This document shows positions 52,995 to 62,417 of a DNA stretch of 64,000 nt, piece by piece. The first letter of the stretch is position 1; every line of letters starts with the position of its first letter. The DNA is taken from positions 52,529 through 116,528 of the forward strand of contig JBBRMM010000011.1 in NCBI GenBank assembly GCA_038230835.1, in the 5' to 3' direction. A program made the position numbers and the translations under genes. This stretch comes from Gaiellales bacterium (GTDB lineage: Bacteria; Actinomycetota; Thermoleophilia; Gaiellales; JAICJC01). The notes under the pieces were generated by a model that was not told the DNA's origin, made no database searches, and was given only the letters and a program-made list of their open reading frames with translations.

Positions 52995-55703
52995 TCAGGC
53001 CGCCTGGGTCTCGACCGCCGGGCCCTCATCCTCGCGCTGCACGGCCACCGTCTTGTCCTCCTGCAGCACTAGCCGTCCGCGGAACGGGCCCTTGCGATCC
53101 TTGAACTCCATCCAGTCCGTGTGGCCCGACTCGATCACCTGGCGGGCTTCCTCGACGGTGATCTCGCGGCCCTTGGTGGACTTCCAGATCACGAACCCGC
53201 AGCCCGGGTTCTTCTTGCTCTTCCACGACGAGCAGCCGTACGCGCGGCTGTTCTCGCGGATCTCCCCGTCGCACTTGGGGCAGGGGGCGATCGCCTCGCG
53301 GGCCACCGCCGAGCGGTCGAGCACCGTCCCGTCCTCGCCGACGATCTGTACCGCGTGCTCGTCGGAGAGGCGCAGGCGGGCGGTCGAGTGGCCGCGGATC
53401 TTGAACCCCTCGAGCAGATCGGTCTCGCCCTGCTCGAGCAGCTGCGCCGCCTCGTCGCGGCTGATCAGACGGCCCTTCTGCTCCTTCCAGATCACGAACC
53501 CGCAGCCGGGCTCCTCGCGACTCTTCCACGACGAGCAGCCGTAGGCGCGGCGGTTCTCACGGATCTCCTGGCCGCACTTGGGGCACGACCCGACGGCTGT
53601 GGCCTCGGGCAGGGGCGAGCCGTCGGCCGACACGAGCTCGGCGACATTGCCGTCGGCAAGCCGCAGCACGACGCCCTCCTCGACCACGGCCCGGCCGTCG
53701 GCCAGCAGCGCGCGCACGTGCTCGGCAGTGATCGTCCGGCCGCTCTGCGACTTCCAGATCACGAACCCGCAGCCGGGCTCCTTCTTGCTGCGGAACGAGC
53801 TGCACCCGAACGCCTTGCGGTTCTCGCGGATCTCGCCGTCACCGTTGGGGCATGTCCCAATGTTCTCGGCCGTCAGGCTCTGGAAGTACTCCACGGTGTC
53901 CACCGTGAACTGCGAGATGTCGCTCATGAAGCTCTCGCGGTCGGCCTTCGAATGCTCGATCTCGGCCAGCCGCTTCTCCCAGCGCCCGGTCAGCTCGGCC
54001 GAGGTGAGCTGATGGGAGCCCAGCAGGCCGATCGTCTGCCGGCCCTTCCCGGTCGCGATCAGTGCCTTCCCCTGCCGTTCGATGTAGCCCACGCTGAGCA
54101 GCCGCTCGATGGTGTCGGCGCGGGTGGCCGGCGTGCCCAGGCCGGACTCCTTCATGGCGTCGCGCAGCTCCTCGTCGTCGATCGTGCGACCGGCCGTTTC
54201 CATCGCTCCGAGCAGTGACGCCTCGCTGTAGCGGGCGGGCGGCTTGGTCTGTTTCTCGGCGACCTCGGCCGACTCGCACGTCCCGTTCTCGCCCTGGTCG
54301 ATCTGCGGCAGCTGCTGCTCCCGCTCGTCGTCGTCGGCCCCGGTGTCGGGCTTCTCCGGCTCGTCGCCGAACGCGGGGCCGCGCCATCCGGCCTCCAGCA
54401 TGCGCCGGCCCTTGGTGCGGAACCGCTCGCCGCCGGCCGCCGTCACCACCTCCGTGTCCTCGAACCTGGCGTCGGGGTGGAACACCGCCAGGAAGCGGCG
54501 CGCGACCAGCTCGAACACTCGCCGGTCGTCGCCGGTCAGGGCGCCGCGGGGAAGCTCGCCGGTGGGGATGATCGCGTGGTGGTCGTCCACCTTGGCGTCG
54601 TTGACCACGCGCGCCAGCGGCAGCACGTCCAGGCCGGCGACATAGCGCGCCGGCGTCGCGAACTGGTCGATCGCCGCCAGCCCGGCGGCGATCCCCTTCA
54701 GCGAGCCGATCTGGTCGGCGGGCAGAAACTGCGAGCGCGTCCGCGGGTAGGTGATCAGTGCGCCGTGCGCCGAGCCCTCGTACAGCCGCTGGGCGGCAGC
54801 CAGGGTCCGCTGTGCCGACAGGCCGAAGCGGCTGTTCGCGTCCCGCTGGAGGCTGGTCAGGTCGTACAGCAGCGGCGAGCGCGTCCGGCGCTCGGTGCGC
54901 TTGACCGTCTCGACCGTGGCGGCGGCTCCCCCGGCCGCCGATGCCACCGCGTCGGCTCGTTCGCGTTCCGGGGTGCGGTCGGTGCGACCCTCGAACCAGC
55001 GCCCGGTGTACGTCCGATCGGCAGCGAGCCGGAAGCGGGCATCGATCTGGAAGTACGTCTCGGGCTGGAAGGCGTCGATCTCGAGGTCGCGGCGCACGAT
55101 CAGTGCCAGGGTCGGCGTCTGCACCCGCCCCAGCGAGACGGTGCCGTCGATTCGCCCCGAAAGCGTGGCCGCCCGGGTGCCGTTGATACCGACCAGCCAG
55201 TCTGCCTCGGAGCGCGATCGGGCGGCCGCCTCCAGGCCCGCCAGCGCGTCCCCGTCGCGGAGCGAGTCGAACCCGGCGCGGATGGCGTCGCGGGTCATCG
55301 AGGACACCCACAGCCGGTCGACCGGCTTGTCGGCACCGGCCAGGTCGTAGATGTAGGCGAAGATCAGCTCGCCCTCGCGGCCGGCGTCGCAGCCGTTCAC
55401 GACCCGCTCGACGTCCTTGCGTTTCAGCAGCCTGCGGAGCACGTCGAGCTGGCGCTTGCCGGTCTCGTCCGGCTTGAGCGCGAAGCGCTCGGGCAGGATC
55501 GGCAGCGTGCGCATCGACCAGCGCTTCCACTTGGAGTCGTAGTCCTCGGGATCAGCCAGGGTGACCAGGTGGCCGACCGCCCACGAGACGATCCGGTCGT
55601 CCGACTCGAGGTAGCCTTCGTGCTTCTGGAAGCCGCCACCGAGAGCCTTGGCGTAGTCTTGGCCGACGGACGGTTTCTCCGCGATGATCAGCGTCTTTGC
55701 CAT
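52995..55703 (-). CDS. topB: Type IA DNA topoisomerase, topoisomerase III-like, with three C-terminal Zn-ribbon repeats
   Basis: MAKTLIIAEKPSVG, CDAGREGELIF, active-site region LITYPRTRSQFL. The C-terminus has 3 copies of CP.(C/G).GEIREN.(R/K)A(Y/F)GCSS(W/F)(K/R)S...PGCGFVIWK. Confidence 0.82.
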   Translation of the reverse strand: MAKTLIIAEKPSVGQDYAKALGGGFQKHEGYLESDDRIVSWAVGHLVTLADPEDYDSKWKRWSMRTLPILPERFALKPDETGKRQLDVLRRLLKRKDVERVVNGCDAGREGELIFAYIYDLAGADKPVDRLWVSSMTRDAIRAGFDSLRDGDALAGLEAAARSRSEADWLVGINGTRAATLSGRIDGTVSLGRVQTPTLALIVRRDLEIDAFQPETYFQIDARFRLAADRTYTGRWFEGRTDRTPERERADAVASAAGGAAATVETVKRTERRTRSPLLYDLTSLQRDANSRFGLSAQRTLAAAQRLYEGSAHGALITYPRTRSQFLPADQIGSLKGIAAGLAAIDQFATPARYVAGLDVLPLARVVNDAKVDDHHAIIPTGELPRGALTGDDRRVFELVARRFLAVFHPDARFEDTEVVTAAGGERFRTKGRRMLEAGWRGPAFGDEPEKPDTGADDDEREQQLPQIDQGENGTCESAEVAEKQTKPPARYSEASLLGAMETAGRTIDDEELRDAMKESGLGTPATRADTIERLLSVGYIERQGKALIATGKGRQTIGLLGSHQLTSAELTGRWEKRLAEIEHSKADRESFMSDISQFTVDTVEYFQSLTAENIGTCPNGDGEIRENRKAFGCSSFRSKKEPGCGFVIWKSQSGRTITAEHVRALLADGRAVVEEGVVLRLADGNVAELVSADGSPLPEATAVGSCPKCGQEIRENRRAYGCSSWKSREEPGCGFVIWKEQKGRLISRDEAAQLLEQGETDLLEGFKIRGHSTARLRLSDEHAVQIVGEDGTVLDRSAVAREAIAPCPKCDGEIRENSRAYGCSSWKSKKNPGCGFVIWKSTKGREITVEEARQVIESGHTDWMEFKDRKGPFRGRLVLQEDKTVAVQREDEGPAVETQAA
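53040..53870 (-). repeat. Intragenic tandem repeat (3 units of ~270-300 nt) encoding the topoisomerase C-terminal repeats
   Basis: cttccagatcacgaacccgcagcc recurs at 53181, 53484 and 53751. This is a coding repeat, not CRISPR. Confidence 0.8.
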
Positions 55704-55836
55704 CGCGGCGGGAGGGTAGCACGGCGCCTCGCGGGCGCCCGGGCGAGTTCAGCCGGGGCGGCGGCCGGCCCACGCGCGAGCCAATCGCGCCCAGGTCGCC
55801 GGGTCGTGCCCGGTGACCGCCCCGGCCGTCGGTACC

Positions 55837-56439
55837 ATGACTGGGGTGTTCATCTCCTTCGAGGGACTCGACGGTTGCGGGAAGACTACCCAGGCTGCGA
55901 TCCTGGTCGATACGCTGCGGGCCGAGGGCCGTGACGTGGTTGCGGTGCGCGAGCCGGGCGGCACCCGCACCGGCGAGCGGATTCGCGAGCTGCTGCTCGA
56001 TCCCGAGGCATTCATCGCGCCGTGGGCCGAGGCGCTGCTGTATGCGGCAGCCCGCGCCCAACTCGTGACCGACGTCGTCCGTCCCGCTCTCGAGCGCGGA
56101 GCGGTGGTGGTGGCCGACCGGTTCGTCGACTCCTCACTGGCCTTCCAGGGCTGCGCCCGCGGGCTCGGAGTCGATCAGGTGCTCTCGGTGAACGCCGCCG
56201 CGACGGGTGGCCTGCTGCCGGACCGAACCGTGCTCCTCGAGCTCGGCCCGAACGCGGCCGCGACACGCCGCGAGGGTCCCGGCGACCGCATCGAGGCCGA
56301 GCCGGACGCCTTCCACCGGTCAGTGGCCGCGGGCTTTCGGGCTGCCGCCGATCGCTTCCCGCAGCGGATCGTGCTCGTGGACGCCGCCGGTTCGCGCGGC
56401 GACGTCGCCCGGCGCGTGCGCGAGGCGGTCGGCGCGTGA
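55837..56439 (+). CDS. tmk: dTMP (thymidylate) kinase
   Basis: The ATG at 55837 gives MTGVFISFEGLDGCGKTT; the ORF also allows a GTG at 55813. REPGGT and DRFVDSSLAFQG. Confidence 0.9.
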   Translation: MTGVFISFEGLDGCGKTTQAAILVDTLRAEGRDVVAVREPGGTRTGERIRELLLDPEAFIAPWAEALLYAAARAQLVTDVVRPALERGAVVVADRFVDSSLAFQGCARGLGVDQVLSVNAAATGGLLPDRTVLLELGPNAAATRREGPGDRIEAEPDAFHRSVAAGFRAAADRFPQRIVLVDAAGSRGDVARRVREAVGA

Positions 56440-57521
56440 GCTCCTTCGACGGGCTGCCCGATCAGCCGGAGGCGCGCAGGGTTCTGGAGGCGGCGCTGGC
56501 CCGCCCGAGCCACGCCTACCTGTTCTCGGGCCCGGCCGGATCGTCCAAGCGCGTCCACGCCGAGCGGTTCGCCGCCCACCTGCTCGGCTGCCCGGCGCGT
56601 GCCGTGACGACCCGCAGCCACCCCGACCTGTTCGTGCTCGAGCCCGAGGGCTCGAGCATCCTGATCGACGATGCCCGCCGGCTGCGCCGTGACCTGCACC
56701 TGCGGCCGTTTCAGGCCGACCGCCGGGTGTACCTGATCCTCGACGCCCACCTGCTTCGCGACGAGAGCGCCAACGCGCTCCTCAAGTCGCTCGAGGAGCC
56801 GCCCGAGTACGGCGTGTTCGTGCTCGTCTCCGACCATGCCGGGCGCATGCTGCCGACGATTCTCTCGCGGGTCGCCGTGGTGCCGTTCCGCCGCTTCTCG
56901 CGCGCCCAGCTCGAGGCGCGCACCGGCGACCGGGCGGCCGCCGCCGCGGCGCTTGGAGATCTGGGCCGGGCCGAACAGCTGGCGGGCGATCCCGAGGCCG
57001 CAGGGCGGCGGCGCACCTACCTCTCGCTGGCAGCGGCGTGCGGCCGCGAATCCGGGTTCGACCCCGCCGTCGCCGCGGCCACCGTGCTGGCGGCGGCCGC
57101 GGTTCGCGCGAAGGTCGAGGCGGCCCGCCTGGATGCCGAGTGCAAGGAGGCGCTGGCGGTCGTCGACGATGCCAAGGAGGAGCGTGCACTGCGCAAGCGC
57201 TACGAGGAACGCGGCAAGCGCGCGGCGCGGAGGGCCGAGTGGGACGAGCTGCGGTTGGCGGTCGACACGGTGTCCTGGTGGTACCGCGACCTGGCGGCGG
57301 CGCGCCTGGGCGCGGGTGAAGCCGTGGTAAACTCGGACGTGTCGGGTGAACTGGCCACCAGTGCGGCAGAGGGCGAGGTCGAGCAGGCCGCCGAAGCCCT
57401 GGCGATAACGCTCGAGGTGCGCCGGTCGTTGGAGCTGAACGTGCACCCGGCGTTGGCGCTCGAGGCAATGTTCCATCGCCTGGCGCGGGTTTCCGCGCCG
57501 ACTGTGGGGGCAGCCCGATGA
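56436..57521 (+). CDS. holB: DNA polymerase III subunit delta' (clamp-loader)
   Basis: The GTG at 56436 overlaps the tmk stop. HAYLFSGPAGSSK, ANALLKSLEEPP, LPTILSRV. Confidence 0.85.
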   Translation: MSSFDGLPDQPEARRVLEAALARPSHAYLFSGPAGSSKRVHAERFAAHLLGCPARAVTTRSHPDLFVLEPEGSSILIDDARRLRRDLHLRPFQADRRVYLILDAHLLRDESANALLKSLEEPPEYGVFVLVSDHAGRMLPTILSRVAVVPFRRFSRAQLEARTGDRAAAAAALGDLGRAEQLAGDPEAAGRRRTYLSLAAACGRESGFDPAVAAATVLAAAAVRAKVEAARLDAECKEALAVVDDAKEERALRKRYEERGKRAARRAEWDELRLAVDTVSWWYRDLAAARLGAGEAVVNSDVSGELATSAAEGEVEQAAEALAITLEVRRSLELNVHPALALEAMFHRLARVSAPTVGAAR

Positions 57522-58321
57522 CCGAGGTCGTCGGCGTCGTCTTCCAGCCGGGGAGCAAGGTGTACTCGTTCGACGCCGCCGGCATCGAGCTGCGGTGGGA
57601 CGAGAAGGTGATCTGCCACACCGCCCGCGGGCGCGAGCTCGGCCGGGTGGTGCAGGCGAACCACACGGTGCCCGAGGCCGAGCTGACGATCCCGCTGAAG
57701 AAGATCATCCGCCGGGCGGGGGCGGCTGACCTCGAGCAGGCCGAGTCCAACCGGCTGGAGGCCAAGCGCGCGATCCGCCTGTTCCGGGAGTTGGCCCGCC
57801 GCCACGAGCTGAGGCTGAAGCCGATCGCCGCCGAGATGGTGTTCGACCAGAGCCGGGTCGTGTTCTCCTTCGCCGCCGACGACAAGCTCGACACCGGTCA
57901 GCTGCGGGGCGAGCTCGCATCGCAGCTTCACCGCCGGGTGGAACTGCGCCAGGTCGGGCCGCGCGAGCAGGGCCGGCTGTGCGGCGGCCACGGGCTGTGT
58001 GGCGGGAAGCTGTGCTCGAGCCGGTATCCTTGCCATGAGCAGCCGATCACGCTGCGCATGGCCAAGGATCAGGATCTGCCGATGAACCCCGGCCGGATCA
58101 CGGGCTTGTGCGGGAGATTGCGTTGCTGCCTGGCCTTCGAGCATCCGGTCTATCGCTCGTTTCGTGACCGGGCGCCGGCTGTCGGGCGGCGGGTGACCAG
58201 CCCGCACGGATTTGGAGTCGTGAGAAGCTACGAGGTGATGCGCGATGCATGCGTTGTTGAGATGGACTCGAATACCACCCTCGAAATCACGCTGGACGAA
58301 CTGCGCGAGGTCGCCGGATGA
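57518..58321 (+). CDS. PSP1-domain protein (YaaT/RicT-like)
   Basis: GSKVYSFDAAG and VVFSFAADDKLDTGQLRGELASQL-like segments. Cys-rich GRLCGGHGLCGGKLCSSRYPC...GLCGRLRCCLAFE. ATGA junctions on both sides. Confidence 0.85.
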   Translation: MTEVVGVVFQPGSKVYSFDAAGIELRWDEKVICHTARGRELGRVVQANHTVPEAELTIPLKKIIRRAGAADLEQAESNRLEAKRAIRLFRELARRHELRLKPIAAEMVFDQSRVVFSFAADDKLDTGQLRGELASQLHRRVELRQVGPREQGRLCGGHGLCGGKLCSSRYPCHEQPITLRMAKDQDLPMNPGRITGLCGRLRCCLAFEHPVYRSFRDRAPAVGRRVTSPHGFGVVRSYEVMRDACVVEMDSNTTLEITLDELREVAG

Positions 58322-59400
58322 GCGGTGAGCTCGGCTTCTGGGGCACCGGCGACCGGGGGTCGCTGGATGCGTTCCGCACCGCCCTGCGGGCGGCGTGGGA
58401 GCGCCGCGGGTTCTCGTTCGCCGACGGGGCCGATCCCGACGCGGCCGTCATCTTCAACTTCGTCGACCCGGCCAAGCCGAAGCCGTTTCGGCGCCGTCAG
58501 CGCTCGACGTACGTGGTCGCGGTGCATCATCTGGATGCTCCGCCGGACAACGTGCTGCGCCAGACCTACCCGATGCTCGTGCGGGCGCTGGCGAACCTCT
58601 CTCTGCTGGTGGTGCCCGGGGATGCCTGCTACTTCGTGACGCCCGAGCAGGGCTGCTACTCGGTGCCCGACACCGGGGATGTGGGCACCTGGGCGGATGC
58701 GCTGGTCGAACGTGTCGTACCGCTGGCCACCGCCCGGCTGGTGATCGACAACCGGTTCGATCCCGACCTCGAGCCCGAGCTTTGGGCCGGGGACGAGCTG
58801 ACCGAGGGCCTGCTGGCGGCTGGCCGCCGGCTCGACCGGCTCGGCCTTTTGCCGGCCCCGTTCCCGCTCGAAGATCTGGTCAGCGAGGACGATCTGCGCT
58901 GGATCAAGCTGGTGTACGGGATCGGCGGGCTTTCGTACGGCAACCTGTCGGTGCGCAAGGACGCGACGCGATTCTGGATGAGCGCATCCGGTGTGGACAA
59001 GGCGAACCTGCGGGAGGTCGGCCGCGACATCCTGATGGTCAAGGACTATGACCAGGAGAGCGGCACGATGGTGCTCTCGGTGCCGCCGGCGGTCGAGCCG
59101 CGGCGCGCGTCCGTGGACGCCATCGAGCACTGGATGATCTACCGCGAGCATCCCGAGGTGGGCGCCATCGTGCATGTCCACGCCTGGATCCACGATGTGA
59201 CCGCCACCGAATTCAACTACCCGTGCGGGACGCGGGAGCTGGCGGTCGCGGTGGCCGACATCATCCGCCAGGCGCCGCAGCCCGGTCGGGCCATCGTCGG
59301 TCTCAAGAACCACGGGTTGACCATCACCGGGCCCACGCTGGAAGACATCTTCGAGCGCATCGAGCCGGTCATCGAGACCCAGGTGCCGATGTCGGCCTAG
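58318..59400 (+). CDS. Class II aldolase/adducin-domain protein with an unassigned ~170-aa N-terminal domain
   Basis: The C-terminal half carries SGVDKANL, VDAIEHWMIY, VHVHAW and NHGLTITGPTLEDIFE. The N-terminal half has no recognised family. Confidence 0.6.
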   Translation: MSGELGFWGTGDRGSLDAFRTALRAAWERRGFSFADGADPDAAVIFNFVDPAKPKPFRRRQRSTYVVAVHHLDAPPDNVLRQTYPMLVRALANLSLLVVPGDACYFVTPEQGCYSVPDTGDVGTWADALVERVVPLATARLVIDNRFDPDLEPELWAGDELTEGLLAAGRRLDRLGLLPAPFPLEDLVSEDDLRWIKLVYGIGGLSYGNLSVRKDATRFWMSASGVDKANLREVGRDILMVKDYDQESGTMVLSVPPAVEPRRASVDAIEHWMIYREHPEVGAIVHVHAWIHDVTATEFNYPCGTRELAVAVADIIRQAPQPGRAIVGLKNHGLTITGPTLEDIFERIEPVIETQVPMSA

Positions 59401-59411
59401 ATGGGTTCCGG

Positions 59412-61181
59412 TCAGCCGACCGGCAGCGACACCGACAGGATCGTGCCCTCGCCGGGTGTTGAGTGGATCGCAAAACGCCCGCCGGCCAGCCGCACCCGCT
59501 CGGAGATCGAGTCCAGACCGAGGTGCAGCCGCCGGTCGAACGTTGCCGCCGATTCGGTGTCGTATCCGATCCCGTCGTCGCGTAGCGAGACCTCGAGCCG
59601 TCCCAGTTGCTCGTGGCAGACCAGCCACACGGTGCGGGCACGGGCGTGCTTTCGAATGTTCGCGACACCCTCCAGCATCGTCCGGTAGGCGAGTGTCTCG
59701 ACCGTTTCGCCGTAGCGGACCGCCGGACAGTCGACGTGCGCAGTGAACCCGGCCTCACGCCCGCCCTGTTCGAGCAGGTCGGTCAGCGCCGCCGACAGTC
59801 CCGAGGCTTCGAGCGTCGGCGGGCGCAGCTCGAACATCAGCCGCCGGGTGCGGTCCATCGCCTCGCCGAGCGTGTCGCGATAGTCCGCGGCCGCCGCCAG
59901 TGCGACCACCGCCTCGCCGCGCTCGATGGCCGCCGTCACGCGGTCGGCCGAGAGTAGTGCTGCGGTCATCACCTGCACCGTGTCGTCGTGGAGGTCCGTG
60001 GCGATCCGCACCCGCTGGTCGTCCTCCGCCCGGAGCATCGCCGCCAGCACGTGCTCGCGGCGAGCTTCGGACTCGCCGAGGGCTGCCTGCGCCGCATTGC
60101 GTTCGGTCACGTCCCGTGCGATCACCATCCCGCCGACGATGTTGCCCGCCGCGTCGCGGACGGGCCCGAACTCCAGCTCGCAGTCCACGCCGCGGGCGGA
60201 GAGCGCCGTGCGCGCCGGCGTCCCTTCGAGAGCGCTGCGGGCTTCCCTGGCGAGCTCCGGCCTATCCAGCAGCTGGCCGACCCGGGTACCGACCATGCCG
60301 GTCAGGTGCAGAGGGGCCAGCAGCTGGCCCTCGGCGAACGTGTAGCGCAGGTCGCGATCGAAGAGCGCGATGCCGCCGGGGAAGTTGGCGGCGAGCAGGC
60401 CGGCTCGCAGTTCGGTCTCGATCCGTTCGGTGACGTCGAGCACCATGACCAGCACGCCGACGATCTCGTCGCCCACACCCACCGGCGCAGCCCGCGCGTG
60501 CAGTCGGCGGCCTCCGAGGTCGGTGTCGAGCTCGGGCCGCGATCCGTCGAACGCCCGGCGGATACAGGAGACCAGCTCTTCGCTGCCGGCGAGGGGATCA
60601 TCCGGTGTGCCCAGAGCGATGCCCTCGAGGCGTTCCGGATCGACTCCCAGCCGGCGGAACGTATCGCCCGATGCGAGTGAGTACCGCAGATCGGCGTCGA
60701 AGAGTGCGAAGCCGCCATCGGGGACGCTCTCGGCCATCACCCGGTACAGCCGCTCCGACCGGTGCCGCCGCTCGTCGGCTCGCACGCGATCGGTGATGTC
60801 CTCCCAGCTGCCCTGACGCCGTGGAGGGCTGCCGTCGGATCCGATCACGAGGCTCTCGACATCACGCACCCAGACCACGCTGCCGTTCTTGTGGATCAGG
60901 CGGTACTCGGCCTCGAACCGCTCCGCTCCCGACTCCAGATACCCGCGGTGGAGGTCCATCACCCAGTCGCGGTCGTCCGGGTGAAGGACGGTCCGCCAGG
61001 GACGCGTCTCCACCCACTCCTCCTGGGTGTACCCGGTCAGCTGCTCGATTCGCGGAGACACCCAGGTGGTGGTCGGCCGGTACGACGGGTCGGGGGTCGA
61101 AGCGTCGATGTACGCCACCACGGGCAGGCCCTCCACCAGCCTCCGGAAGAGATCCGTCGTGTCGGGGTGGCCGTTGCTCAT
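59412..61181 (-). CDS. Cytoplasmic multi-PAS sensor histidine kinase (HisKA_3 / NarL-partner type)
   Basis: 589 aa with no TM. At least three PAS-like modules. H-box IATDLHDDTVQ. HATPase_c with DDGIGYD and GEGT. Confidence 0.85.
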   Translation of the reverse strand: MSNGHPDTTDLFRRLVEGLPVVAYIDASTPDPSYRPTTTWVSPRIEQLTGYTQEEWVETRPWRTVLHPDDRDWVMDLHRGYLESGAERFEAEYRLIHKNGSVVWVRDVESLVIGSDGSPPRRQGSWEDITDRVRADERRHRSERLYRVMAESVPDGGFALFDADLRYSLASGDTFRRLGVDPERLEGIALGTPDDPLAGSEELVSCIRRAFDGSRPELDTDLGGRRLHARAAPVGVGDEIVGVLVMVLDVTERIETELRAGLLAANFPGGIALFDRDLRYTFAEGQLLAPLHLTGMVGTRVGQLLDRPELAREARSALEGTPARTALSARGVDCELEFGPVRDAAGNIVGGMVIARDVTERNAAQAALGESEARREHVLAAMLRAEDDQRVRIATDLHDDTVQVMTAALLSADRVTAAIERGEAVVALAAAADYRDTLGEAMDRTRRLMFELRPPTLEASGLSAALTDLLEQGGREAGFTAHVDCPAVRYGETVETLAYRTMLEGVANIRKHARARTVWLVCHEQLGRLEVSLRDDGIGYDTESAATFDRRLHLGLDSISERVRLAGGRFAIHSTPGEGTILSVSLPVG

Positions 61182-61229
61182 GTCGGCACGGCGAGTGTAG
61201 TCATGCTCTCGGCTCCCGGAGTCCGCGCG

Positions 61230-62222
61230 TCAGTGCCGGTGATAGCCGTCAGACCGGAGCCAGGAGGCGGTGTCCCGGATCGTGTCGTCCAGCGGCCGGA
61301 CGGTGAAGCCGAGCTCGGAACGCGCCTTGGCGGCGGTGTAGAACCACCAGTGGGCGCTGGATGCGAGTTCCTGGTCGTCCATCGGGATCGGCAGCCGCAG
61401 CGCCGATCCGGCTGCGAGCACCGGGCGCAGCACCCCAGGCGCGACGTGGAGCTGACGCCGCCGGCGACCGCACACCCGACCCACGCGCGCGAAGAACTCG
61501 CGGTGCGAGAGGTTCCCGTCGTCGTTTGTGAGGATGTAGCGCTCGCCGGAGCGCCCCTTCTCCTCGACCAGCAGGTGGCCGGCCACCACGTCGCGGGCGT
61601 CCACGTAGGAGAGCCCGCCGTCGATCGTGAAGCGGAGCCTTCCGCGCAGGTACTCCTCGATCGGCCATGCGCTGACCCGGTTGACGTCTCCGGGTCCGAT
61701 CACGAATCCAGGGTTCGTGATGACCACGTCGAGGCCGTCGGCGGCGGCGCTCAGGGCCGCCGCCTCCCCCGCCGCCTTGCTGCGCGCGTAGCGGAAGTCG
61801 CCCCGGCCATCGTCGCCGTCCAGCATCCACGCGCCCTCGTCCCGTGGATGCCCGGGCCCGCCGGCGGGGCCGATCGTCGAGACGCTGGCGGTGAAGACGA
61901 CGCGCCGGATGCCGGCCGCGCGGGCCGTGTCGAGCAGGGTCTGGGCGCCGACCACGTTGACGGCGTGGAGGAGCTCCTCGTCCCGGCGGCGGTGGCCGAC
62001 AACGCCGGCCATGTGGAACACGACCTCCGCCCCGTCGCAGGCGTGACGGACGGACTCCGCGTCGATGACGTCGCCGCGGACGGTCTCGGCGCCCATCGCG
62101 TCGAGCCGCGCCGCCCCGGCGTCGCTTCGAACCATGGCGCGCACGTCCCGGCCTCGCGCGCGCAGCGCGCGCACGAGCTCCGTGCCCAGGTAGCCGGTGG
62201 CGCCGGTGACGAGGGTGAGCAT
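61230..62222 (-). CDS. NAD(P)-dependent epimerase/dehydratase-family reductase (extended SDR, HpnA/dihydroflavonol-reductase-like)
   Basis: MLTLVTGATGYLGTELV and YARSKAAGE. Confidence 0.8.
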   Translation of the reverse strand: MLTLVTGATGYLGTELVRALRARGRDVRAMVRSDAGAARLDAMGAETVRGDVIDAESVRHACDGAEVVFHMAGVVGHRRRDEELLHAVNVVGAQTLLDTARAAGIRRVVFTASVSTIGPAGGPGHPRDEGAWMLDGDDGRGDFRYARSKAAGEAAALSAAADGLDVVITNPGFVIGPGDVNRVSAWPIEEYLRGRLRFTIDGGLSYVDARDVVAGHLLVEEKGRSGERYILTNDDGNLSHREFFARVGRVCGRRRRQLHVAPGVLRPVLAAGSALRLPIPMDDQELASSAHWWFYTAAKARSELGFTVRPLDDTIRDTASWLRSDGYHRH

Positions 62223-62287
62223 CGCGCAACCCTATGACTTTCCACCGTCACCAGCGGCGATTGGCTACGCTAGCCTGGTCTGCGAGC

Positions 62288-62360
62288 GCCGACGTAGCTC
62301 AGCTGGTAGAGCACATCACTCGTAATGATGGGGTCCGGGGTTCGAGTCCCCGCGTCGGCT
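62288..62360 (+). tRNA. tRNA-Thr (anticodon CGT)
   Basis: Hand-folded cloverleaf. Acceptor GCCGACG/CGTCGGC, D arm GCTC-AGCTGGTA-GAGC, anticodon arm CATCA-CTCGTAA-TGATG, T arm CGGGG-TTCGAGT-CCCCG, discriminator T. CCA is not encoded. Confidence 0.92.
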
Positions 62361-62417
62361 CTCCCAAGGTGCGACATTGGACGACAAACCCGCATGGGCG
62401 CGTCGTTTCCCGCCAGT

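Noticed and set aside
53040-53870. Regularly spaced nucleotide repeats that could be mistaken for a CRISPR-like or satellite array.
   Set aside because: The units are about 270-300 nt long, lie entirely inside the topoisomerase reading frame and encode the repeated Zn-ribbon modules. There are no short spacers and no cas genes.
52995-55703. Annotating the type IA topoisomerase as TopA because of its position beside tmk-holB.
   Set aside because: The N-terminal IIAEKPS and CDAGREGE motifs are of the topoisomerase III type rather than the VESPAKA type of TopA. I kept the call as topoisomerase III-like, pending phylogeny.
62361-62417. An integrase gene or att repeat directly next to tRNA-Thr.
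   Set aside because: No integrase-like ORF lies between the tRNA and the window end, and I found no second copy of the tRNA 3' end inside the window. The island hypothesis therefore rests only on gene content and decay.
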